Part shown: positions 54,219 through 64,000 of the stretch, piece after piece
Numbering within the stretch: position 1 is the first letter of the stretch
Layout of the letters: every line of letters starts with the position of its first letter
The notes under the pieces: generated by a model
The model's input: only the letters and a program-made list of their open reading frames with translations
Told to the model about the DNA's origin: nothing
The model's database searches: none
Made by a program: the position numbers and the translations under genes
Source of the DNA: Octopus sinensis
Lineage: Eukaryota
Reading direction: 5' to 3'
Assembly: GCF_006345805.1 (NCBI RefSeq)
Contig: NC_043015.1
Span: 9,796,001 to 9,860,000 of the forward strand
DNA: 64,000 bases

Positions 54219-54870
54219 TATTATAGGGATTCTCGTAACGCTACTAAAGACTAAAGTTATATTCAAACAAGCAAACCATTAAGTTCATGAGTTAACTACA
54301 CGAACTCATTTCGTCAAGTCTCGTAATGTAGTCTCGAATAAACAATTCACAACTCATAAAGAAAAATTAAACAATATTTACATCCCTGGGACCTTTAAAT
54401 ATCGTGTTATATCATTTGAAGAGCGGCATACTACATAGATTCTCTGTGAGCAATAAAGTTTCGTTTATATCCTAGTACATTAAGTGTAACCATTTGAATT
54501 ACATATCTTGTTGCAGAATTAAAGGGGACAGACAAGACCTGTTGTAAAAGGTTTAAGAATTCTTATTGTAATTGAATTTAGAAAACCGAATTCCTCCTGC
54601 ATAGGAAAGGTGTAATTGATAGATATCTTCATAAACGTGTTGCTTGAAGGAAATATCAAATTTGAGATATTCATATTAAGTAAAAGTAGGTTCACATTTC
54701 ACAGACATTTGCCTAGAAGCATGGGAAGTAGCATTAAGGACTAGGATTCTGGTCCAAATAGATACAATAACATAATGTGCATAATTTATACACACATACT
54801 CACTCACACGCACACACAAACACACACATATATGTGTACAAATACACGCATATATGTAAGGATACTTACA

Positions 54871-54966
<96 letters not shown>

Positions 54967-55000
54967 CATGTATGTATGTACATATATATACATACATATA

Positions 55001-55064
55001 TACTCTTTTACTCTTTTACTTGTTTCAGTCATTTGAATGTGACCATGCTGGAGCACCGCCTTTA
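55001..55064 (-). mobile_element. 3' tail of the CORE-type SINE
   Basis: Reverse complement of 49129-49185. Confidence 0.8.
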
Positions 55065-55073
55065 GTCCAGCAT

Positions 55074-55270
55074 GGGATTAGTAGCTCGCGCTCTTAATCA
55101 CTACGCCATATGCCCGGATTCGAAATTTCCCCAAAACACCTAATGGAGGTTGGAGGGTTTATCAGCCGAAACGTTGTGTTAACAACATACAAGATGAGGA
55201 CAAATAGCCGCCAAATGTAAATAATATAAATACTGTGCGTAATTTCTCATCTCTTAAATATAGATCTGCA
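55074..55270. mobile_element. Second locus of the tRNA-head/HHR-tail family: head on minus (55074-55116) joined to tail on plus (55117-55270)
   Basis: Head matches 28655-28684, and tail matches the reverse of 28304-28430 and 28686-28757. Confidence 0.75.
55135..55180 (+). ncRNA. Minimal type I hammerhead-like motif with mutated core
   Basis: aacac-CTAATGGA-ggttg(...)cagcc-GAAA-cg-TT-gtgtt. Stems I and II pair, and the 28 kb copy supplies CTGA. Confidence 0.55.
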
Positions 55271-56769
55271 TTATCGAAAATAATAAAACTAATGAAGTTC
55301 TAATTACACGATCAACGAGTAAAAAATATATTCTGATGAGTGGTAGCACATTTGGCTAAATGTAAGTGGCACATACTTGCAAGTGTTTCTTGCAGATATG
55401 GAAAGGTATCATACCTTGTATTTTAAGAAAACCTTGGGTGAAATGAAATAACGCACGGTAATTTAGTAGAGGAATTGCCAGAAGTTTCTCTCAGGGAATG
55501 AACCCCACCCCCCAAAAAAACCGTTGTGATGTTTAAAATAATGGGGCATTGGCAAGACAATTACTAGGAAGAGAAAAATTAGATTAGTTAAAGTAAATTT
55601 GCTTAAAGCTTGTACAACATACAAATAATATTTAAGAAGGATTAACATACACATGTTAAGCGTTAAAATTTAAATCATATCTCAATACCTTAACAGGTAA
55701 GGATACCTTAGATTTTTCAAGAATGAATTCCATTTTTTATCACATTTTAGTCACCAACATAGTCATTTCCATCATAGATCATATCACACGATGGTTCTAT
55801 TTCTGATTTTGAACTGTTTTACCGTAACGTATGGGGTTTTTTAGATGCTCCAGTTATTATTTTAAATGTATTATACTATTCAATAGATTTCCTCTTATCA
55901 ATATCATTTATGTGTCAAGAGGGTACATGTCATGAAGACAGTTTAAAATATACTTTTGTTACACTCACAAGTAAACTAGAATCATAGTTACCATTGGGTA
56001 ACTTGAATAATTTCGTCAATATTTATTCATGTACCGAAAATATAATCCTAGATGTTTAGAATTGCATCATGATCAACGGTTATTACTGAATAATAAACAC
56101 TAAAACATACAGACCAGATACATTTCATCACAGTTATGAAATGATCTAATGAATATTATTCATATACATGCTTATTCAATTGCATGTATTCTGTCAAAAT
56201 ATTATTGAAATCAATTGTGAATGAATATGTTCCTGTTTGAGTGATTAACAAGGTGCGTATAAAATAATATTTAATACAAGTAAAATTGAGATAAGTCAAA
56301 TCAAAATCGATTTCTTTTTTTCCAAAACTAGACATGCTAGCGGGAATTTAAAGAGAAATTCGGAAACACTGCCCAGAAGGCGAAAACGATAAAGGCTATT
56401 TTTCTACCGATGCAAACAGACATAAGGAACAGCAAGAAATCTATTGGAATAGATTTTAACGCAGTAGCCTCAAAGGGAATATTCTATTTACATCGAACAT
56501 GTAGTGGCGTTTCTTCTGCAATTAAAAGCTTTTATTATAAAATATGTACTCGTGAGACTAGAAGAATACCTGCAGGCAATAAAATCACTTTAATAACCAG
56601 AGCTAGAAACCTTGACTTTAAACGAAAACCATACACCGTCTTTCGAAAAGCAAGGGAAGTATGAGTATTTAGATTTCATCGAGTAGTTCAAAAATTTTGA
56701 TCAATCTTCCAAACGCCTACGAATAATCATACGATATATCCTTATTATGATTGAATAATGGGAGCTAAT

Positions 56770-57029
56770 CTTTCTTCTTCTTCTTCTTCTTCTTCTTCTT
56801 CTTCTTCTTCTTCTTCTTCTTCTTCTTCTTCTTCTTCTTCTTCTTCTTCTTCTTCTTCTTCTTCTTCTTCTTCTTCTTCTTTTTCTTTTCTTCTTCTTCT
56901 CTTCTTCTTCTTCTCCTTCTTCTTCTTCTTCTCATTCCTCTTCTCTTTTTTTTTCTTTTCTTCTTCTCCAACTTCTACTTCTTCAATTTCTTCTTTTTAT
57001 TATTATTATTATTATTAATAATAATAATA

Positions 57030-57067
<38 letters not shown>

Positions 57068-57068
57068 A

Positions 57069-57121
<53 letters not shown>
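56770..57121. repeat. Compound (TTC)n/(TAT)n microsatellite
   Basis: Directly visible. Confidence 0.95.
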
Positions 57122-58436
57122 CCTCCGCCTCATTTTCTTCTCCTCCTTCCCCTTCTTATTCTTCTCCCATTTTTTCTGACTACATGTTTTTACAAAAAAA
57201 AATACTCATAGCACTCCGTACATGTCTCACGAGATTTTCAGAGTGTGTTACCTTGCGAAAACATAGCTCGACATGAATTCTGGACGTAAGTAACATTTAC
57301 GCAATATAGCAGGTTATTCGGCCATATTCACCTCCCCAGCTGTGCACGCACACAGATGTCTGTTGGTTTACGCATAGTCTCACATCTCACCGATTCCTTG
57401 AAGACCATCTTTAATTTTCCAGATTCTTCCAAAAGATTAATACCTTGTTTTCGATGCCATGTTAATTTATTTTAGCTCGATTGGAGAGCCTCTAAATATC
57501 CGAACTTACTTATTACAGATCCTAAAACTACATACATGAAAAAAAAATAATCACCATAGCAAAGAGCATATAACACCAAGTCGTTTAAGATGTAACTGTT
57601 GCAGACAGATATCAATGCTGTCTGGGGCAGGAATCGAAGTGGACTTTCTCGCCGAATTAGAAAACTACTGCCCAGTATACAGAACGCTTTCCCTACCTGG
57701 CAACTCATAACACTAACCTTCATATTGGCTGCTATTTGTATTTGTGTTCAAAGTTTAAGAATTGTTTTTATGTCTGGTATTCCCTTCAATATACCGGCTG
57801 AGATTTTTATCTCTGGTATTACTTCTACATTTATTTCAGTAGTTTATCGGTGTCATTAAAATGCCCTTTTTTTTATAAATAGTGTCAATCCTTGCAAATG
57901 TTATTCAATGGAAGTGTAGCGGGCATGTGCTTTTTGTTCTAAGATTGTAACTTTCCAGACGAAAATATCAGTGACTATCTACACGCTACATTTTCAGGTT
58001 ACAAACATATGCACACTTTGTATACATATGTCATGTGTGAGTGTACGTATGTTTCGTACTTTTTAATCTGAATTAAAATAGCATTAAAAAACCATCAAAT
58101 CATAAGTGAATATCTGTAATAATAAACGCGAAATTCTATCTGTCTCAGACCCCCTATTTCAGTTTACACATGTTCGACATAAAGATATGGGAATTTTGGG
58201 AATTAGGATGACCTCGGAATGATACATCTGTCATTCGTTTGCTTCTTGAACGTTTAGCATTACGATCTGCTTTAAAAGAATTTGTGTTGCTATTGCTAGC
58301 AGGTAAAGCTTCGCTGATTCCCGTTAGCTTGGTTGGCGTTTGTCAGATGGCGCATGAGAACAAAGGGAGATAAATGACATTGGCTTCGTTATTTTTTAGT
58401 CGGGATAAGAACTTTAGGACAAATTCGCCAAGTCTT

Positions 58437-58476
58437 TAATAATGATGATGATAATAATAATAATAAAAATAATAAA

Positions 58477-58532
<56 letters not shown>

Positions 58533-58588
58533 TAATAATAATAATAATAATATAATAATAATAATATAATAATAATAATATAATAATA

Positions 58589-58664
<76 letters not shown>

Positions 58665-58746
58665 AAGAAGAAGAAGAAGAAGAAGAAGAAAATGAAAAGA
58701 AGAAGTATATCGAAAATACCTTAGGAATGAGAACCCAGGTTCGAAA
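58437..58746 (+). repeat. (AAT)n(GAA)n tract followed by an internal fragment of the 28.3 kb family
   Basis: 58708-58746 atcgaaaataccttaggaatgagaacccaggttcgaaa matches the reverse of 28424-28462. Confidence 0.8.
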
Positions 58747-59791
58747 AGTCGCCAAGAGGTGGAAACCTACATGCGACTGGAAGAAGAGCATATTTGCATT
58801 ACGAATTAATTCTCATCCGTTCTTAACCTCTGATCAAACACTACGAGGTGATATAGTCATTATAGTCGTATTCTAGACATGCTATCTATCTCTGAATAGT
58901 TTAGGGTCAATTACTCCTCCAGAGGAGCCATCCAAAATGTCCGCACGGAGAACGTCTTTTAAGCGAGAATTACATACAAATGAATGATGACATATATATT
59001 TCTCTGAGAGAGACATAAACGCAATATCATTAGATATTCTTTGCACAACATCTCTGAAGAAATTACGGACTGCAAAAATTCTATATAAAATTATAAACAC
59101 ATACGCCCTCGCATGTTGTAATTGACCAGAATCTTCAATATCATGTCTCTACTATGTTTATTTCGATTATTCATTAATCACTATATTGCGTTACTTTTCA
59201 TGAAATATAATTCCGTTTATTACATGTTTCCATCATTTGCATCTAAGAGAAATATGAAATATTAAGAGGGCGTGAAGTAGTAAATCCTATATATCCAAAA
59301 CTCATTAGAGTTTGAATTACTTCCATTTATGTTCTGAATATCGTTTTAGAATTGTATGACAACCACATGAATTTAATTATGTATATATTAATTTTCCAAT
59401 CACCAAATTAATAAAACAGTTCTGAAAACAGCACAGAAACGCCTGATGGAAATTGTAAAAACAAGAAATAAATACAAAATCATTAAAATATTGCATAGAA
59501 AAAGAACTTTACTGAGCACATTAAAGATCACACTTAATACATACTCACCACCAGAACAACACGAAGGAATTCGACTATTTGAGATTTGCAGCTCTTTTTT
59601 TATTATTTATATGAAAAAACTACGTATTTTGCAATGCAAAATTTGATGTCCAAAAACCTATTGAGATAGAAGCACCAAACATTATTTTCCTCAAATAGAA
59701 TTGTGTTTAGGAGTAATCCAAAATATTTCTATGCCCCTATACCTTGTACATAAAGGACGAAGCAGAGAGATGTAAACAGTAGCAATACGTA

Positions 59792-60060
59792 ATCGTAACA
59801 TATAATTGCCAACCAAGTGGAGCGTCCTATAAGGGACAGTGCTACTGAGGTTTACAGCCCCAAGAGGACAACTCTTCCAACTGGCCAACGACAAACGTTC
59901 TGTGTTTGGTTAGTATTTGCGTTGACCTTTCCTTGCAAGTACTAATCTGCCATAGAATGTGTGTCGAGAGCCAGCTGGAAGAGATGACTTCCTGGGGCTA
60001 TGAACGTCAGTAGCACTGTCCCGTATAGGCATCCAACTTGGTTGGCAATTATATGTTATG

Positions 60061-60062
<2 letters not shown>
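59792..60062. repeat. Imperfect palindrome with ~129-bp arms and a ~14-nt loop (MITE or fold-back)
   Basis: 59792-59920 vs 59935-60062. The right end runs into (TA)n. Confidence 0.88.
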
Positions 60063-60108
<46 letters not shown>

Positions 60109-60221
60109 GTGTGTATGTATGCATACCTATGTATGTATATGTATGTGCATATATATATATATATATGTACATATATATGTGTGTGTGTATATATATATAT
60201 TTATATGTATATATGTATATG

Positions 60222-60253
<32 letters not shown>

Positions 60254-60284
60254 CAGAGAGAGAGAGAGAAATAGAGAGTTATAT

Positions 60285-60850
60285 ATTCTCGACTATAGTC
60301 ATCTCACACAATCAGATTGATAGTGGAACTTGAGTCATTCAGTGGTCCTACACCCGGAAGTTTGCCTCAATAGAATAGCTCTGCTTCTGGGAGAGACCGA
60401 AAGTGCTATACGGCTACTCGTTGAGGTGAAGATGGCATAGGTATGTATCAATATACGTATGGAATATCCTGGAGGGATTAGCACCAAACTTTATTACTGA
60501 GTGACATAAGCCCTGAAATGGACGTCGCTCCAGTGTTCGAAAAGACCCAGGTCTCCTATCTAAACTGAAGACCACGTACTATGTTAGATGCGGATTCAAA
60601 GACCTACAGTTTTTTAATGCCTTGCCAAACATGAGAGATCATCATGCAGTAGAGGATCTTCCAAGAAACAAATAGTCTGCTGACCAAGAACCCTGATAAA
60701 CCAATATCACGGCAAGACACTCAACACATGTTAGCAGTGCATGTCTCCATGCTTCACCAAAGGTCAGTCGCATAAGAATAGCCTTTGAAAACGCGATTTA
60801 ATTTACGGTGCTCCAGCATAGCCACCACCATTAGACTAAAACGTATAAAA
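60285..60850 (+). mobile_element. 5'-truncated CR1/L2-group LINE 3' end (decayed ORF2 C-terminus and tail)
   Basis: Translates as LDYSHL...ELES/IQWSYTRKFASIE*LCFWERPKVLYGYSLR*RWHRYVSIYVWNILEGLAPNF...GFKDLQFFNALP...PDKP, matching the Y-ERL--L---SL--RR region of CR1-like ORF2. Confidence 0.75.
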
Positions 60851-61616
60851 AATATATATGTATAAGTAACCAGGATGTCCAGGTATTGCGGCCGTTTCGA
60901 ATTGTCCCATTTAACCGATCAATGAAAGCATTACATCAATTTAGAAGAAACCGCTCTCCTCACATGTAGATGACCATATACATGTCTAACACAAAGGATA
61001 AACTATTTGTAACAAATTTGTATCAGTACTAGGAATCAAAATAATTACATTGTTTCCGTACGTTATATTTCTGGCAGAATGAATTTAAAAAATAATGCAT
61101 ATCTTATTAAGCATACTATAATTTGGAGAGTCGCAAAGGAAAATAGTGAGCCGCAAGATATAGGAGTGGTAAGATAGTTATTCATTTTTATATGTTTACT
61201 TTTTTTTTATTCATAATATTTTATGCAGCATGTAGTGTACAAACATTGAAAATTAAAGCCATTGGGAGTTGTCATTTGTGTTCTAGGTGATGGTGATAAA
61301 TCGTTTAATGTCAGACAATTTACCTTCCCCTTATTTTACTGGGAGAATCTGTCTAGGTTTATCTACACGAAAGGAAATGCCTCAGAGCTCCCAGTGAAAG
61401 AATGATTGATGGGGAAGAGGTGATAACTAGAAGAAGGAGTGGTTAATACTTACTTACATGATTTTAAAAAATGGGGAATATAATGAAAAAAGAAAGAGAT
61501 AAGTAATATAATCTCTAAGGGTGGGAATTAGAATCGAGAGATAAGGGATGTAGTAATTCATAACTTTGGAAATTTATTATACGAAAGTTCGATAATCATT
61601 ATACACACACACACAC

Positions 61617-61649
<33 letters not shown>

Positions 61650-61652
<3 letters not shown>

Positions 61653-61844
61653 GGGGATATTACGAAAAAAACAAAAGACGAAGACAGGTGGTGTACAAAA
61701 CAAACAGATTTATTAGTATAACGCTCAGGAATAGAAAAAAGTATTTTACAATTCGAGCTTAAGTTCTTCTACAGAAAGGGACACAGAAAAAAACAAGGAG
61801 AGAAAAAAATGTGTGTAGTGGGTAACAATCTATCATAGCGACTG
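61650..61844 (-). mobile_element. Second copy of the 15311 family with a degenerate HHR-like motif
   Basis: Minus: cttt-CTGTAGA-agaac(ttaa)gctc-GAAT-tg-TA-aaat, sharing ttcctgagcg, tactaata, ccacctg.cttcgtcttttgtt with 15311. Flanked by (TA)n. Confidence 0.6.
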
Positions 61845-62772
61845 ATATAAATATATATAGGAAAAGGATAGAAATTAAACGTAAAACCTAATAATGACAT
61901 ACTTCAATAAAGAAATATCATAAGGCCTTTCTTTAACATAATGTTATGGTGGTCCTGATAAAACCGTTCCACAATGAATTTATAATTGAATTACATTATC
62001 GTCTGTGTAGCAGTTCATGGCATATATTAATTCAAAACAAGGATTATTACCCTTATTACAGGTGGATAAGTATAGAATATCGAAAATATGGAATGGAATG
62101 TAAGGAGTAAATCAAATTAGAGTTAATCTATATGTATAATAAAGTGTATGCAAAAATAATAGCTAAACCAATATGAGTATGTAACTATTTATTGAATATT
62201 ACACGATTAAAAAGTACTAAAATAAAAAATATATATATTTCCATATCGAGCACTATGAAACAATTAGGAAAGGGTATAAGAACGTATAAATTTATAAATA
62301 TAAATATAATACTGTAATATATTATAAAGTAAGTTTTGTGAAAACAAATTATAAACACCTCTACAATCTCTAGAAGCTACACAGTTACATAGGTACGTAT
62401 ATAGATATATAGAAACTTAATAATATAGGATATACAAAATTAAAATAATACAAAGACGAAATACTTTTATATAAAAACATTTTTCTAGAGATTTTATAAA
62501 ATAAGATATTCCATTGCAAATGATATAAAAGATGTAACAGGGATAAAAAGATAAGGAAAAGTCAAGGTATGAATTTTAAATGCCAATTAAAGAATAAATA
62601 GATTAAGATAAATATATATTTGGAAATAGATTTATATAAATATTTGTAAAATATATCAGAGACACTGATTTATGTCGAATAATAATAGTTCCTTAGGGGA
62701 GATGCGAGATTTAGTAATCCATTGCAAGGGAAGAAAATGCCAGTACCGAAGGGGAATAAATTTAATATATTC

Positions 62773-63178
62773 ATTTCTTTATTGCCTACAGGGGGCTAAA
62801 CATAGAGGGGACAAACAAGGACAGACAAACGTATTAAGTCGATTACATCGACCCCAGCGCGTAACTGGTACTTATTTAATCGACCCCGAAAGGATGAAAG
62901 GCAATGTCAACCTCGGTGAAATTGGAACTCAAACGTAGCGGCAGACGAAATACTTATTTCTTTACTTCCCACAAGGGGCAAAAAACACAGAGAGGACAAA
63001 CAAAAGGATTAAGTCGATTATATCGACACCAGTGTGTAACTGGTACTTATTTAATCGACTCCGAAAGGATGAAAGGTAAATCGACCTCCGCGGAACTCGA
63101 ACTCAGAACGTAGCCGTAGACGAAATACCGCTAAGCATTTCGCCCAGCGTGCTAACGATTCTGCCAGCTCGCCGCCTT
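62773..63178 (-). mobile_element. Tandem dimer of the Deu/Nin-like SINE
   Basis: Full unit 62955-63178 plus a 5'-truncated unit 62773-62953. Confidence 0.9.
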
Positions 63179-64000
63179 TGACATATAAGTATCAAATGAA
63201 GTATTAATAAATATTATGCACAATAATAGTTATCGTGCTATAAGTATCCATATTCAAATGGAAATTTTCTCAAACTCACGCATCATTATACTCATAGCGT
63301 TCCCAAATTTGAAGCAGATTTATCGTTTGTGCATGTAATATCACTAGTTAGATATTTCAAATGAATTTTATTCTCAGAAAAATGTATCTGATGGCAGAAA
63401 TCAGGACGAAAAGTACATCTGGTAACTCTTATACTTGACAATGGTTTTATTTTGCCATCTGGTATGTATAACGAAAAGTGCATGTTCTCCTTGTAGATAT
63501 ATTTTATGCGTGAATAAGAATATGGTAAAAATGTTGTTTTTTTCCTTAACGGATATCATATTATATTTCGTATATCGTTATACCATGATAATTTTACGTA
63601 GAGAAGAATAACAGAAAAATCATTCCACATTTAAATGGTATACGTTTGTGAAATTAATAAATCTATCTCAAAAATGTCCTTGGGGTATAAGTAACAAGTG
63701 CCCTACATATACAAATTGAGAATTGTGGTTTTCTTTTTTCCACCATATAAATATCCAATAGCAGTATGAAATACGTAGCTCATACACAGGCAAGCAAGCA
63801 ATCGTACTTAAATTTCTCCTGCTTTGAAATGGTGTATAATACTAGTCATAATTAAACTTGACATAAAAATGACATGCAGGCACTGATCATATTTCATAAA
63901 TCCCCAGATTAATAACAAACGGCTAAAGAAAAAAAGCACGATAATACAAACGGAAGCATTCAGCATTCCTAAAGTTAATCAATGCATGAGGAAGAAATAT

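Noticed and set aside
57240-57870. Possible L1/Tx1 endonuclease relic on minus (GHFND, FLIRR)
   Set aside because: No continuous frame or convincing catalytic motifs by eye. BLASTx would be needed.
59835-60020. HHR-like words (CTGAGG, CTGGAAGA) in the 59.8 kb palindrome
   Set aside because: No GAAA with compatible stems I and III.

Overview
AT-rich, microsatellite-dense eukaryotic DNA with no recognisable host exon, rRNA, intact tRNA or CRISPR array. It looks like a large intron or intergenic interval, and the repeat complement suggests an octopus or other coleoid cephalopod (inference from recalled family resemblance, not a search). Most ORFs in the supplied track are translations of (TA)n, (CA)n, (AAT)n or similar repeats. 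Supported content: a near-complete IR/DR-type Tc1 (DD34E) element at 20.3-21.9 kb, mariner and maT-like relics, several Helitrons (one with a PIF1 helicase C-terminal remnant), two decayed Penelope-like (PLE) ORF remnants, a CR1-like LINE 3' end, and at least four tRNA-derived SINE families. The most interesting signal is a set of short non-coding, mostly (TA)n-flanked elements that carry type I hammerhead ribozyme (HHR) motifs and fold-back ends. One has an essentially intact core (41221-41287) inside a 512-bp partial tandem. Another family fuses a tRNA-like Pol III head to an HHR-like tail (28.3 kb, 55.1 kb), a candidate Penelope-mobilised SINE or retrozyme-like system. All calls are by eye, and boundaries of degraded elements are approximate.
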